DNA from: Candidatus Zixiibacteriota bacterium
GTDB lineage: Bacteria > Zixibacteria > MSB-5A5 > GN15 > JACZUZ01
Direction of reading: 5' to 3'
DNA length: 64,000 nt
Assembly (NCBI GenBank): GCA_024280775.1
Contig: JAJRPM010000004.1
Span: 391,054-455,053, forward strand
Position numbers and translations under genes: made by a program. The notes beneath the pieces were generated by a model. The model saw nothing but the letters and a program-made list of their open reading frames with translations. It had not been told where the DNA came from and searched no databases. This document shows, one piece after another, positions 1-11,026 of this stretch. Numbering within the stretch: position 1 is the first letter of the stretch; every line of letters starts with the position of its first letter.

Positions 1-767
1 AACACACCGGCAAGAATAACCGAGCCAGCGGTCGGAGCTTGTACGTGCGCATCAGGTAGCCACGTGTGCAGAGGCCAGATGGGAACTTTGATAGCAAAGG
101 CCAGCGCAAAGGCCAGGAAAACCCATGACTGTGCGCCGAATGGCAGGTTTACTGAGTAGAGGGCTATCAAGTCGAACGTCGCCACGCCGGTTTGTGATTG
201 GTAGGCGAAATATAGATAGAGCAGCGCTACAAGCATCAGCAGGGAGCCGAACATGGTGAAGAGTACGAATTTGATTGAAGCATAAATGCGTTTCGGGCCG
301 CCCCAGATTCCGATGAGAAAATACATGGGCACCAGCATCACTTCCCAGAAGACATAGAACACAAACAAGTCCAGCGCTACGAAGACGCCAATCATTCCAC
401 TAAGCAGGAAGAGCATCGAGAAGTAATAACCGCGGACAGATTTGGTTATACTGTGCCATGAGCTTAGGATAGCCAGAAAAGTCAGGATTGTGGTCATGAC
501 TATCAACAGTAGAGACAAGCCGTCTATTCCAAGGTGATAGTTGATACCGAATTGACTCACCCAGGGGATATTGACTTCGAATTGCATACGTGTCACGCCA
601 ACCTGGAAGGAACCGTAAAGCGCTAGCGAGAGGAGTAGCTCTACACCAGCAGTTGCTATCGCAACCAGCTTGATTGCCTGGACGTTTTCCTTGTTGATTA
701 GCAACAAAGCAAAAGCCCCGACTAGCGGGAAGAATGTTAACCATGTTAGTATCTGTGATTCAAACAT
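1..767 (-). CDS. nuoM: NADH-quinone oxidoreductase subunit M. The 5' end is complete and the 3' end runs off the window.
   Basis: Absent from the ORF track because there is no stop in the window. My own minus-strand translation from the ATG at 767-765 gives MFESQILTWLTFFPLVGAFALLL...FYVFWEVMLVPMYFLIGIWGGPKRIYA...IWPLHTWLPDAHVQAPTAGSV, typical ND4/NuoM motifs. It starts 3 nt after the nuoL stop. Confidence 0.9.
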   Translation of the reverse strand, partial: MFESQILTWLTFFPLVGAFALLLINKENVQAIKLVAIATAGVELLLSLALYGSFQVGVTRMQFEVNIPWVSQFGINYHLGIDGLSLLLIVMTTILTFLAILSSWHSITKSVRGYYFSMLFLLSGMIGVFVALDLFVFYVFWEVMLVPMYFLIGIWGGPKRIYASIKFVLFTMFGSLLMLVALLYLYFAYQSQTGVATFDLIALYSVNLPFGAQSWVFLAFALAFAIKVPIWPLHTWLPDAHVQAPTAGSVILAGV

Positions 768-770
768 GTT

Positions 771-2720
771 CTAGTTGCCTATTGAGTATCCCAGTAACAG
801 CATAACGCCGGTGATTAACGCTACTCCGACCGTGAATACTGTTACATAGCTGGTTAGCCTTCCGGATTGGGCGTAGCGCATCACGCGGGAAACGCCACCT
901 ACCAAAAAAGCGCCGCCATTAATTAGTCCGTCGATTAACAGCACATCGACAATTTTCCATAGGAATATCGAGAAGAAGTGCAAGGGGCGGATAATGAGGC
1001 GGTCATAAATTTCATCGATAAAGTATTTGCCATAGAGCAGGCGATGCACACCGGGAAATGATTCACGCAGGCGTGTCACTGTTTCTGGTTTCTTGAGATA
1101 GAAACGCAGGGCTAGAGCAAAGGCTCCAAGCGAAAGGGTGACAGTTATCGCCATCAGACCCCATTCGGTTGAGGCCGCATGATGCGCCTCTGATGAATGT
1201 AGAATCCTTTGTGCGGGAGCGAAAACCGGTTCGAGCCAATGCTCAAAGAAGTTTGTGGCTCCGAAGAATAGTTTTGGGATGCCAATCCAGCCGCCAGCTA
1301 TTGAGAGAATCGCCAACACGATTAGCGGAATGGTCATGACTTTGGGTGATTCATGCAGATGCGACTTGGTTTTTTCGTCCATCCGCTCTTTGCCGAAGAA
1401 GGTCATGAAAATCAGACGAAACATATAGAAAGTGGTTAGCAAGGCGGTTATCATACCGATGAACCATAGCGCTGGGTGCCCTAAATCTGAGCTAAACGCC
1501 TGCCATAGGATTTCATCCTTGGAGAAGAAACCGGAGATTCCCGGTAGCCCGGAGATTGCCAGTGTTGCGATTAGCATGGTGATGAAAGTGACAGGCATAT
1601 ATTTTTTTAAGCCGCCCATCTTGCGCATATCCTGCTCGTCGGACATTCCATGGATAACTGAGCCAGCTCCGAGGAAAAGAAGCGCTTTGAAAAAGGCGTG
1701 TGTCATCAAGTGGAACACTCCAGCGCCAAAAGCCGCAACGCCGCAGGCCATGAACATGTAGCCGAGTTGGCTAACTGTTGAGTATGCCAACACTCGTTTG
1801 ATATCGTTTTGGAATAGGGCGATGGTGGCGGCGAATAATGCAGTGGCGGCGCCTATGACTGCGACTACCATCATAGTTGTGGGGGCCATCACGAATAGCG
1901 CGGATGAGCGCGCCAGCATATAGACTCCAGCGGTTACCATGGTGGCGGCATGGATCAAAGCCGAAACTGGGGTTGGGCCTTCCATTGCATCGGGCAACCA
2001 GACATATAGAGGAATCTGCGCCGACTTTCCTGTGGCGCCTAAGAACAACAACAGCGTTGCGGCGGTGATGACCGTCCCGCCAATAGCGAAAGCGCTTGGC
2101 GCCAGCGCCGTAACTGTTTGAAAATCTAATGAACCGACATTCCAGAATATTATGAACATGCCCAACAAGAAGCCGAAGTCACCAATACGGTTTACCACGA
2201 AGGCTTTCTTGCCAGCTTCGGTGGCTGAGTCTCTTTCGAACCAGAAACCTATCAGCAAGTAGGAACACAGTCCAACTCCTTCCCAGCCGACAAACATCAG
2301 CAGGAAGTTGCTGGCCAACACCAAAGTCAGCATGGAGAACATGAACAGGTTCAAATAGGCAAAGAAACGCCCGACTCCTTCGTCATGCGCCATGTAGCCG
2401 ATTGAATAGACATGAATCAGGAATCCAACTCCTGTCACTACTAGAATCATGATTGCTGAAAGCGGGTCCAGCAGGAATGATACATCTACCGAGAAACCTT
2501 CGACTGCCATCCAGTTGTAGAGAGTGTCACTAATGATGCGCGCATCGGCCGGTAGAGCTGTCAGATCTAGGAATGCCTTGATAGACAGCAGGAAGGAAAT
2601 CAAAACGGTTCCACTACCGATTATTCCAACTAACTTGCGGGAGAGTTTTCCGGCAAGCAGGAAGTTTATCAAGAATCCGACCAGCGGAAATAGAACTATT
2701 AGTGGCAATACGGTATTCAT
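771..2720 (-). CDS. nuoL: NADH-quinone oxidoreductase subunit L
   Basis: A 649-aa polytopic protein with ND5/NuoL motifs (WEGVGLCSYLLIGFW; KSAQIPLYVWLPDAMEGPTPVSALIHAATMVTAGVY). Its operon position fits. Confidence 0.95.
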   Translation of the reverse strand: MNTVLPLIVLFPLVGFLINFLLAGKLSRKLVGIIGSGTVLISFLLSIKAFLDLTALPADARIISDTLYNWMAVEGFSVDVSFLLDPLSAIMILVVTGVGFLIHVYSIGYMAHDEGVGRFFAYLNLFMFSMLTLVLASNFLLMFVGWEGVGLCSYLLIGFWFERDSATEAGKKAFVVNRIGDFGFLLGMFIIFWNVGSLDFQTVTALAPSAFAIGGTVITAATLLLFLGATGKSAQIPLYVWLPDAMEGPTPVSALIHAATMVTAGVYMLARSSALFVMAPTTMMVVAVIGAATALFAATIALFQNDIKRVLAYSTVSQLGYMFMACGVAAFGAGVFHLMTHAFFKALLFLGAGSVIHGMSDEQDMRKMGGLKKYMPVTFITMLIATLAISGLPGISGFFSKDEILWQAFSSDLGHPALWFIGMITALLTTFYMFRLIFMTFFGKERMDEKTKSHLHESPKVMTIPLIVLAILSIAGGWIGIPKLFFGATNFFEHWLEPVFAPAQRILHSSEAHHAASTEWGLMAITVTLSLGAFALALRFYLKKPETVTRLRESFPGVHRLLYGKYFIDEIYDRLIIRPLHFFSIFLWKIVDVLLIDGLINGGAFLVGGVSRVMRYAQSGRLTSYVTVFTVGVALITGVMLLLGYSIGN

Positions 2721-2724
2721 GTTC

Positions 2725-3027
2725 TTACCACTTCATGATATTGAATTTTGAGGCGTCAACTGAGCCGCGCCTGCGATAGAGTGTCATTATCAACCCCAGC
2801 CCTACTGCGGCTTCGGCGGCGGCAACTGTCAGTGTCAGAAAGACTATTACATGGCCGCTCATATCGCCATGTATGCGCGCGAATGCAATAAAGGCGAGGT
2901 TTGCGGCATTCAGCATTATCTCCACCGCCATGAAAATCATAATCAGGTTCCGGGAGATTAGCGCTCCGGTTACCCCTACGGCAAAGAGTATTGCTGAGAC
3001 TATTAGAAAATGTTCTGCGCCTATCAT
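2725..3027 (-). CDS. nuoK: NADH-quinone oxidoreductase subunit K
   Basis: A 100-aa, three-helix ND4L-like protein lying between nuoL and nuoJ. Confidence 0.9.
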   Translation of the reverse strand: MIGAEHFLIVSAILFAVGVTGALISRNLIMIFMAVEIMLNAANLAFIAFARIHGDMSGHVIVFLTLTVAAAEAAVGLGLIMTLYRRRGSVDASKFNIMKW

Positions 3028-3041
3028 AAGTCTTCTTCCTA

Positions 3042-3575
3042 CTAATTCTCACCTGGTTCACGTCGCGCGAGAATCACAGCGCCGACAATAGCCACCAGTA
3101 AGAGAATCGACGTGATTTCGAATCCATATAGATATTTTGAGTACAGCAGTTCAGCTACTGGCTTAACATCGCCGAAATTCGCTATTGCCGAATCGAGCTT
3201 GGTAAGATGTGTTCCTATACCTGTGCTCTCAACTAATAAATAGACTAACTCAGCTCCTACAACTCCTGAGATAATGAGCTTTACATAGCGTTTGGGACCA
3301 GCGCTGGGGTTCACCAGATCTTCGCCCCGGAGGTTTAGTAACATGATGACAAACAGGAATAATGTCACAATCGCTCCGGCATAAACTATTATCAATACCG
3401 CTCCAACAAATAGAGCGTCAAGCTGGAGGTATAGAACAGCCTGCGAGACTATTGACAAAAGCATGTACAAGGCTGAGGCAACCGGGTTTTTCTGCCATAC
3501 CATCAGGAATGCGCCGGCGATGGCTAGACCTGCGGCGAGGTAAAACACTATGACATTTAGATTGAGAGCTTCCAT
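3042..3575 (-). CDS. nuoJ: NADH-quinone oxidoreductase subunit J
   Basis: A 177-aa ND6-like membrane protein in the expected operon position. Confidence 0.85.
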   Translation of the reverse strand: MEALNLNVIVFYLAAGLAIAGAFLMVWQKNPVASALYMLLSIVSQAVLYLQLDALFVGAVLIIVYAGAIVTLFLFVIMLLNLRGEDLVNPSAGPKRYVKLIISGVVGAELVYLLVESTGIGTHLTKLDSAIANFGDVKPVAELLYSKYLYGFEITSILLLVAIVGAVILARREPGEN

Positions 3576-3595
3576 TGCGTAATTGCGCTATTGGC

Positions 3596-4153
3596 CTAAA
3601 AAAATCTTCGTACTTTTCGCCACATTTTCTTCAATGTGTTTTCTGGTCTTGGATGTGTGACTAGTAGTTTCTCTTTGTTGTAAATGAACCCGTCGCGAGA
3701 GTCGGTTGCGAATTCGTACTCCTGCCCCAGGAAAATTGCTTCTTCCGGGCAAGCCTCTTCGCAGAAACCGCAGAAAATGCAGCGGATCATATTGATTTCA
3801 TAGACTTTCGCCAAACGCTCGCCATTCTCGTTTTCCATCGGCTCCATATATATAGCATCCGCCGGGCAGGCCGCCGCGCAAAGTCCGCAACATACACAGC
3901 GCTCGGTGCCGTCTTCATAGCGCTCCAAATAGTGTAGTCCACGATAACGCGGAAACATGGGGCGTTTTTTGAATGGGTATTCAATAGTCACTGACTTGCG
4001 GAATAGATGTTTGAACACCGTGATGAAACCGATGGGAATCGCCACCACAGTAGTGCGTAACATTCCCCAGACACCAGGATCCGGAACCGGACGGCTTTCT
4101 CGAGAGAGGACTACATAGTCATCTGTGCGGCTTATGGTCTTAAGTTTGTTCAT
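3596..4153 (-). CDS. nuoI: NADH-quinone oxidoreductase subunit I (2x[4Fe-4S] ferredoxin-type)
   Basis: Two ferredoxin motifs, CVCCGLCAAACP and CIFCGFCEEACP. The start is uncertain; an internal Met at 4063 is possible. Confidence 0.9.
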   Translation of the reverse strand: MNKLKTISRTDDYVVLSRESRPVPDPGVWGMLRTTVVAIPIGFITVFKHLFRKSVTIEYPFKKRPMFPRYRGLHYLERYEDGTERCVCCGLCAAACPADAIYMEPMENENGERLAKVYEINMIRCIFCGFCEEACPEEAIFLGQEYEFATDSRDGFIYNKEKLLVTHPRPENTLKKMWRKVRRFF

Positions 4154-4175
4154 TTTGTTTTTCTGTACACGCCGC

Positions 4176-5186
4176 CTATTTTAGCCACAAGCGAATTCCT
4201 GCGGTTAGCATAGTATTCAGTAATGCGATTGGAAACAACATCTTCCAGCCGAAATTCATGAGTTGGTCATAACGGAAACGCGGCAAAGTTGCGCGCATCC
4301 AAATGTAGAAGAACATGAAACCGGAAACTTTAATAGCAAACCACAATACCGGCGGAATGAAATCCAGGAACTCGAACGGTGACTGCCAGCCTCCGAAGAA
4401 GATTGTGGTGGCGATTGCTCCTACGCCTATCATGGCTGCGTATTCACCGATGAAGAATGTTCCGAAGCGCATTGAGCTGTATTCGGTATGAAAACCCGCT
4501 ACCAACTCGGATTCAGCCTCAGCCAAATCGAATGGTGACCGATTGGTTTCGGCTACTGCGCAAATGAAGAAGACCATAAAGCCTATTGGTTGTTTCCATA
4601 CATACATGCCCCAGAAACCTTGCTGTTGGTGAACCAGTTCCTGGAGGGACAGTGTTTGCGCGAGCAATAGAACACCAACTAGCGACAGTCCATAAGCTAC
4701 TTCATAGGAGATCATTTGCGCGCTGGCGCGCAGGCCGCCCATCAGTGAGTATTTCGAACCTGACGACCATCCGGCCAGCAGGATGCCATAGACGGAAAGC
4801 GACGTGACGGCGAAGAAAAACAGCACTCCGATGTTCATGTCCGAGAGAATCAGCTTTGTTTCAATCCCAAAAACTGTGACAGTGTCACCGAAGGGGATTA
4901 CCGTGAAGGTTAGTAAGGCAGGGATGAAAGTTATCACCGGGGCCAAGTTGTAGAACCATCCCTCGGCGGCGGCCGGACGAATGTCCTCTTTGAAAATCAT
5001 CTTGATCGCGTCAGCCATCGGTTGTAGCAATCCAAACGGGCCGGCGAGATTTGGCCCAACACGTTGCTGGAAAAGCGCCACTATGCGTCGTTCTGCATAG
5101 GTCATATAGGCGCAGCCAGTCAGTACAACACCGACAATGGTGACGACTTTAATCAGAGATATGAGCGCAAACTGTAAGTAATCCAT
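4176..5186 (-). CDS. nuoH: NADH-quinone oxidoreductase subunit H
   Basis: ND1 motifs: [23 protein letters not shown] and [26 protein letters not shown]. Confidence 0.93.
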   Translation of the reverse strand: MDYLQFALISLIKVVTIVGVVLTGCAYMTYAERRIVALFQQRVGPNLAGPFGLLQPMADAIKMIFKEDIRPAAAEGWFYNLAPVITFIPALLTFTVIPFGDTVTVFGIETKLILSDMNIGVLFFFAVTSLSVYGILLAGWSSGSKYSLMGGLRASAQMISYEVAYGLSLVGVLLLAQTLSLQELVHQQQGFWGMYVWKQPIGFMVFFICAVAETNRSPFDLAEAESELVAGFHTEYSSMRFGTFFIGEYAAMIGVGAIATTIFFGGWQSPFEFLDFIPPVLWFAIKVSGFMFFYIWMRATLPRFRYDQLMNFGWKMLFPIALLNTMLTAGIRLWLK

Positions 5187-5205
5187 GATTCCCGTTACGT
5201 TCTAG

Positions 5206-7800
5206 TTACTGCTTCTCAATCTTTTCAATGCGCACATATGACACGCGGCTATCACGACTGGTGAAACAATTCACTGGCTTGGCCGCGAAATTATGCGAAG
5301 CCAGCAGGGTATCACCTTCCAAGATATCTGAGACTAAAGCTTTGAGAATCAACTTCTCGCCTTTGTTGCCTTTATCACCTCTATCACATAAGACACGCAC
5401 ACTATCACCAGTTTGGATATCCAAGCGACTCGCCAAATCGGCAGAGATTTCAAGCGCCGCTTCCGGGTTGAACTCTAATAGTGAATGACACATCTCAGTC
5501 CAGTGTCCAAAGTGATGTAAGGCGTCACCTGCGAATAACGGCAGACTATTCTCTTGCGGCGCTGGCGGCGCCTGGAAATGTGATTCCATCAGGAAATGTT
5601 TCCGCTCAGGTGCGTTATAGGAGTCCAGCAACTCGCTGACTTCATCCTGCAAAGAACTCAAGTCTGCATAGAGACTGAAACCCAATGATTGCGCAATGCG
5701 GTTTAGGGCCTCGTAACCCGGCAGTGACGCGCCGATGCGTTTCATACCGGCGCAGAAATCCTGAGTGCGGCCTTCAAGATTGGTAAACGAGCCATCATAT
5801 TCGGCAAAACTTGAGAGCGGAAGAACTACATCCGCCAGAGCGGTCGTAGGAGTCTCTTTCAAGTCTGCAACTACTAGAAAATCCAATGACTCTAGTGATT
5901 TCTTTATGTGATTGTAATCCGCTCCAGTTTGCACAGGATTAGCTCCAAAGATTAACATGGCTTTGATGTCTTCGCCCTGCGCGCCGCTTAACATTGCATC
6001 CCAATTCGCTCCGGCTAACTCCGGGAATGACTGGAATTGATTCTTGAGGGTAGCCGTCTGCGTAGCGCTTATCTCAGGGAACAACCCTAGGGCTTCAGCG
6101 CCTTTGCTATTGGCGGCTTTCGCCAATACTGCGGCTTGACCTCGTTTGCCCTGCACTATGCCAAGCAAGAGAGCGACATTATAGAATGACTTGGCAATAT
6201 TTTCCCGTGCAATCGAGTTTGAAACTAACTCACCGGCTATCAAAGTAGGAGATTTTGAGTTTGCCAGACGTTTGGCGCATTCATTGATGCGCTCTACGCT
6301 CACACCGCAAGTCTCGGCGCACTTCTCAAGTGTATTTGGAATCAATAGTGTTTCTATCTTGCCGGTATCGACTTCTTTGTCGGCTAGTCCCTGCTGAATC
6401 AAACTTAGAGTCACTCCATTGAGGAAGACTTCGTCGGTTCCGAGGTTGTAAATCATTTCATCGGTGGAACAGTCCGCAGACTTGGTGACAATCGGATTGG
6501 CAGTATAGAGCCAACTGAGTTTTTCGAAAATCGCGCGACGGGTTTTCAGGTGCACATTCGGATGTTCGCGAATCAAATTGGAGCCAACCACAAAGATTAC
6601 ATCCGACGACGCTACCGCATCAATGCTGAACGACCTGGAGGCCATAAAGCCATAGGTTGAGTCCGCATCAGTCGGTAAATTCGAGTAATCAGAGCGATAG
6701 TCTACATTATTTGAACCCAAGGCTCCACGGAAAAGTTTGTTGAATGCGTGTAAGGTCTTAAGGTCAAGATTCGGCGAGACAACACCGGCGAGACAGGGCG
6801 CTCCCTGACTTTCTTTCACTTCTTTGAAGCGACGACTTATCACTCCGAGCGCTTCTTCCCATGAAACTTCAACCATCGCGCCATTCTTGTTCACCAATGG
6901 GGCTTTGATTCGACGTTCTGAAGTTGCTATTTGATAGCCATAGCGAGCAATATCTGAAATCCAACCGTCGTCGGTGTCATCGTTCATGCGCGAGGTTGCG
7001 CGATGAACCTTGGTGGCGTCTTTCCATAGTGTCAGATTGGCTCCATCGGCATGATAGGGGTCGATTGACGGAACTGTTTGCGTATTCCAAACACGGATTT
7101 TATAGCGCCAGTCACTGCTGGTTAAAGCTCCTACCGGGCAGATTTCTACTAGATTACCACTATATAGCGATGCTACCTGTCCGCCGGGCGCGGCGTCGAT
7201 TTCGGTATTGTGTCCTCGCTGATAGGCGCCAATGTCGTATTCCCCAAAGGCTTCTTCATTGGCGCGAACACATTTGTAGCACAGTATGCAACGGTTTTGA
7301 TTGCGGACCATCTCCGGACCGATTTGCAGGTCGTCAAAGGTAGAGTTTTTATCCCGAATCTTACGTGCCTTGCGGAAAGCAAAACGAGTGTCATCGGATA
7401 GTCCGTATTCGAAAGCGTTGTCCTGCAGGTCGCATTCGCCGCCTTTGTCACAAGTTGGACAGTCCAGTGGATGATCCAGCAGGATGAATTCGATTATAGC
7501 TTTTCTACCTTCGCGACATTTCTCGGAATCAGTGAGAACAACCATATCATTCATGGCTTCGGTCGCACAGCTCACCATCAGCTTGGGGAATTTCTCGATT
7601 TCCACATAACACATACGGCAGGCACCGACCGAACGCAGTTTCGGATGCCAGCAGAATGTCGGCACTGGAATATTTTCCTGCCTGCAGGCATCCAACACTG
7701 TGGCGCCCTTCTTAACTGAGATAGGGCGTCCGTCGATTGTCAGGCTTACCATCTCCACTGCCGGAGTTGTTTTCTGGTCTTTTGTTGCTGTATCGCTCAT
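5206..7800 (-). CDS. nuoG: NADH-quinone oxidoreductase subunit G (75-kDa type)
   Basis: The N-terminus carries 2Fe-2S and 4Fe-4S cysteine motifs (CRMCYVEI; HPLDCPTCDKGGECDLQ; CILCYKCVR). A long molybdopterin-oxidoreductase-like region follows. Confidence 0.9.
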   Translation of the reverse strand: MSDTATKDQKTTPAVEMVSLTIDGRPISVKKGATVLDACRQENIPVPTFCWHPKLRSVGACRMCYVEIEKFPKLMVSCATEAMNDMVVLTDSEKCREGRKAIIEFILLDHPLDCPTCDKGGECDLQDNAFEYGLSDDTRFAFRKARKIRDKNSTFDDLQIGPEMVRNQNRCILCYKCVRANEEAFGEYDIGAYQRGHNTEIDAAPGGQVASLYSGNLVEICPVGALTSSDWRYKIRVWNTQTVPSIDPYHADGANLTLWKDATKVHRATSRMNDDTDDGWISDIARYGYQIATSERRIKAPLVNKNGAMVEVSWEEALGVISRRFKEVKESQGAPCLAGVVSPNLDLKTLHAFNKLFRGALGSNNVDYRSDYSNLPTDADSTYGFMASRSFSIDAVASSDVIFVVGSNLIREHPNVHLKTRRAIFEKLSWLYTANPIVTKSADCSTDEMIYNLGTDEVFLNGVTLSLIQQGLADKEVDTGKIETLLIPNTLEKCAETCGVSVERINECAKRLANSKSPTLIAGELVSNSIARENIAKSFYNVALLLGIVQGKRGQAAVLAKAANSKGAEALGLFPEISATQTATLKNQFQSFPELAGANWDAMLSGAQGEDIKAMLIFGANPVQTGADYNHIKKSLESLDFLVVADLKETPTTALADVVLPLSSFAEYDGSFTNLEGRTQDFCAGMKRIGASLPGYEALNRIAQSLGFSLYADLSSLQDEVSELLDSYNAPERKHFLMESHFQAPPAPQENSLPLFAGDALHHFGHWTEMCHSLLEFNPEAALEISADLASRLDIQTGDSVRVLCDRGDKGNKGEKLILKALVSDILEGDTLLASHNFAAKPVNCFTSRDSRVSYVRIEKIEKQ

Positions 7801-7836
7801 TGCTATCTATTCTAATCTAATCGAATCAAACTAGAC

Positions 7837-9123
7837 TCAATTGAAAGAGAACTGCTCCATTGGCAGAACATCTTTGGCCTTGATTCTATCTACAAAGTCC
7901 TGTCTGAATCTCTGGATTACTGATATTACAGGCATTGCCGCGGCATCACCAAGCGGACAGATTGTCCGTCCGAGGATATTGTGGCAAATGTTATCTATTT
8001 TGTCGATATCCGACTCTTCGCCTTCGCCATTTAGAATCCGCTCAACTAATTGCGTGAGCCACTTGGTGCCCTCACGACAGGGAGTGCATTTTCCACAGGA
8101 TTCATGTTTGAAAAATTTTATCAACTTGTATGTAGCCCAAACGATGTCGGTGCGCTCATCGAGAATTATGCATGCGCCCGAGCCAAGCATTGATCCGGCG
8201 TCGGCTATGGCTTCGTAATCGAGCGGTGTGTCAATTTGGTCGGCGGTCATGAACGGACATGATGCGCCGCCGGGAATAATCGCTTTGATTTTTCGACCCT
8301 CGGGAATCCCGCCACCCATTTCTTCTATCAGGTAGCGTAACGAGGTTCCCATCTCCAGCTCGTAGTTGCCAGGGCTATTTATGTGTCCTGTAAGTGAGAA
8401 TAGTTTTGTGCCAGCCGACTTTTCTGTGCCGAAAGTTTTGTACCATTCGCCGCCATTGTTTATCAAGTGCGGCACAACCGCGAGAGTTTCGACATTGTTC
8501 ACCACTGTCGGACATCCATAGAGTCCTTCGACTGCCGGAAACGGCGGTTTCATTTGTGACATCCCGCGATGTCCGGCTAGTGATTGCAGTAATGCAGTTT
8601 CTTCGCCGCAGATATAGGCTCCGCCACCGGTGTGTGTCACTACATCGAGATCATAGCCGGTGCCATAGATATTCTTGCCGAGATGACCGTTGTCGTAGGC
8701 GTCCTCGACTGCTTTTTCGAATACTTCAATCGGGTAATCGAATTCACCACGAATGTAATTGAACGCCAAATGCGAGCCAATTGAAAATGCGGCTATGGCC
8801 ATGCCCTCAATTACCGCCTGCGGGTCGCATTCTAATAGCACCCGGTCTTTGCAAGTTCCCGGCTCGGATTCGTCGGCGTTGCATACTAAGTAGCGCGGCT
8901 TGGGAGAATCTTTGGGCACAAAACTCCATTTGAGCCCGGTGGGAAAACCGGCTCCGCCTCTGCCACGCAAGCCGGAGGCTTTGACTTCGGTTATGACTTC
9001 ATCGCGTGTCATCGAAGTTAACACCTTACGCCAGGCGCGATAGCCGCCATTGGCTACATATCCGGCAACAGTCTTATGTTGCGGATCATCGGTGTGGGCT
9101 AGAAGTAGTTTATGCTCGGCCAT
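7837..9123 (-). CDS. nuoF: NADH-quinone oxidoreductase subunit F
   Basis: GLRGRGGAGFPTGLKW (FMN/NADH site) and ESCGKCTPCREG (4Fe-4S). Confidence 0.95.
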   Translation of the reverse strand: MAEHKLLLAHTDDPQHKTVAGYVANGGYRAWRKVLTSMTRDEVITEVKASGLRGRGGAGFPTGLKWSFVPKDSPKPRYLVCNADESEPGTCKDRVLLECDPQAVIEGMAIAAFSIGSHLAFNYIRGEFDYPIEVFEKAVEDAYDNGHLGKNIYGTGYDLDVVTHTGGGAYICGEETALLQSLAGHRGMSQMKPPFPAVEGLYGCPTVVNNVETLAVVPHLINNGGEWYKTFGTEKSAGTKLFSLTGHINSPGNYELEMGTSLRYLIEEMGGGIPEGRKIKAIIPGGASCPFMTADQIDTPLDYEAIADAGSMLGSGACIILDERTDIVWATYKLIKFFKHESCGKCTPCREGTKWLTQLVERILNGEGEESDIDKIDNICHNILGRTICPLGDAAAMPVISVIQRFRQDFVDRIKAKDVLPMEQFSFN

Positions 9124-9148
9124 TGTCTTGGGTTCTATATTTTGGACA

Positions 9149-9706
9149 CTATCCCTCTTTACGCCAGCCGTCGATTAGCGCATCGACTTTTTCGCGAGTG
9201 AGGTTTTCATGATATTCGTGGTTGACCTGCATCATTGGCGCGGCGCTACACCCGGCCAGACATTCCGCAATTTGTAGTGTAAAGAGATTGTCTTTTGTGG
9301 TTTCACCGACTTTGATTTCCAGTTTTTGCTCCAAGTATCGCAGGAGATTATCCGCTCCGCAGAGGGCGCAGGATATGTTGTCACAAACCATTATCAAATG
9401 TTTTCCGCGCGGTTTTTTGGGAAACATGGTGTAGAATGTTGCGGCTTCGGCGAGTTGTAGTTTTGGGATCTCGGTTATCGCCGCAAGCTCGGCGTAGATT
9501 TCATCATTGAGATAACCGACCTGGCGATATGCGACAGTGAGCGCCGGCAGAACCGCTGATTTGCGCACCGGATAACGGGCCATCTTTTTCTGAATCTCTG
9601 CAACTGATTCAGCATTCAGGATACGTGTTTTCACCTGCGGAGCGCCGGGGGACTTGACATGCGGCAATCCCGGAATCGGCTGAGTTTGAGTCTTATTATC
9701 TGACAT
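9149..9706 (-). CDS. nuoE: NADH-quinone oxidoreductase subunit E
   Basis: Thioredoxin-like 2Fe-2S cysteines (VCDNISCALCG ... CLAGCSAAPMMQVN). Confidence 0.9.
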   Translation of the reverse strand: MSDNKTQTQPIPGLPHVKSPGAPQVKTRILNAESVAEIQKKMARYPVRKSAVLPALTVAYRQVGYLNDEIYAELAAITEIPKLQLAEAATFYTMFPKKPRGKHLIMVCDNISCALCGADNLLRYLEQKLEIKVGETTKDNLFTLQIAECLAGCSAAPMMQVNHEYHENLTREKVDALIDGWRKEG

Positions 9707-9748
9707 TACAATATCTTCTGAAATGTATCTTCTAAGTTCTTAACTATC

Positions 9749-10987
9749 TTATCTGTCAATCTCGCCAAGAACAATGTCAATTGATCCGATAGCGGCAACC
9801 ACGTCACTGACAAGACTGCCTTCGACCATCTTCGGCAATGCCGACAGATTCACAAATGAGGGCGGACGGACTCGCACACGATTCGGAACATTTGTTCCGT
9901 CGGAATCGATATAGAAACCTATTTCACCTTTGCCGGATTCTATCGGCACATAGACTGAGCCGCGCGGAACTTTGAATCCATCGGTGATTATCTTGAAATG
10001 ATAAATCAGAGACTCCATTTTCGAGAGCACATCGGGCTTAGGTGGCAATATCACTCCCGGGACATGCGCGATATACGGTCCCTCCGGAAGTCCATCGAGA
10101 GCCTGCCCCATTATCTTCAGTGACTCACGCATTTCGTAAACACGAACCTGATAGCGGCTGAACACATCACCATGCACTCCCACCGGAACCTGGAAATCAA
10201 ACTTATCATAGTCAGAGTATGGGAATGCTTTGCGCACATCATACTTTACACCGCTACCGCGCAAAGAAGCGCCAGTTAGCCCGCCGTCGATGGCGTTCTC
10301 GGCAGAGATTTTCGCCACACCAATAGTTCGCATTTGCCAGATGCGATTGTTGGTTAGCAGGTCTTCGTATTCGTCAATTCTATCGGGAAGATTCTTGAGA
10401 ATCCGCCGTATCGATTTGTCGAAGTCTTTTGGCACATCCATCATCAGGCCGCCAATTCTGAAATAACTCGACATCATTCTCTGCCCAGAAACCAATTCGT
10501 ATATATCCAGCAGGGTCTCACGGTCACGGAAAGTATAGAGAAACATCGACATAGCGCCGAGGTCAATTGCATGTGTTCCCAGCCACACTAAATGCGAATT
10601 GATACGAGTCAGCTCGGACATTAGCACCCGTATCCATTTTGCCCGAGCGGGAATTGCATCTTCAATATCCAGCAGTTTTTCCACCGCCAGACAATAGCCA
10701 AGATTGTTCGACATCGGGGACATATAGTCCATCCGGTCGGTCATTGGCAGGGCCTTGTAATAGAGTTTGCTCTCCAGTGTTTTTTCTATGCCGGTGTGCA
10801 AATAGCCGATTTCCGGGCGACAGGAGACAACTGTTTCGCCGTCAAGTTCAAGCACCAGTCGCAGAACTCCATGTGTCGACGGATGCTGTGGCCCCATATT
10901 CAATGTCATTGTCTTACGACCGGAGTCATGTGTGACTACGTCGCTGAACTCGACATTGGAGGGCTTATGTTCGACCGGGCTATTCAT
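9749..10987 (-). CDS. nuoD: NADH-quinone oxidoreductase subunit D
   Basis: 49-kDa subunit motifs: NMGPQHPSTHGVLRL and a C-terminal RVRPPSFVNL. Confidence 0.95.
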   Translation of the reverse strand: MNSPVEHKPSNVEFSDVVTHDSGRKTMTLNMGPQHPSTHGVLRLVLELDGETVVSCRPEIGYLHTGIEKTLESKLYYKALPMTDRMDYMSPMSNNLGYCLAVEKLLDIEDAIPARAKWIRVLMSELTRINSHLVWLGTHAIDLGAMSMFLYTFRDRETLLDIYELVSGQRMMSSYFRIGGLMMDVPKDFDKSIRRILKNLPDRIDEYEDLLTNNRIWQMRTIGVAKISAENAIDGGLTGASLRGSGVKYDVRKAFPYSDYDKFDFQVPVGVHGDVFSRYQVRVYEMRESLKIMGQALDGLPEGPYIAHVPGVILPPKPDVLSKMESLIYHFKIITDGFKVPRGSVYVPIESGKGEIGFYIDSDGTNVPNRVRVRPPSFVNLSALPKMVEGSLVSDVVAAIGSIDIVLGEIDR

Positions 10988-11026
10988 AATCTTGGATAGT
11001 GTAACAGTGTTTTATACAAGTAGCGC

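Noticed and set aside
400-744. A 114-aa minus-strand ORF listed in the track.
   Set aside because: It is an alternative frame inside nuoM. The nuoM frame gives a clean ND4-type membrane protein, whereas this ORF gives a Cys/Arg/Trp-rich non-membrane sequence.
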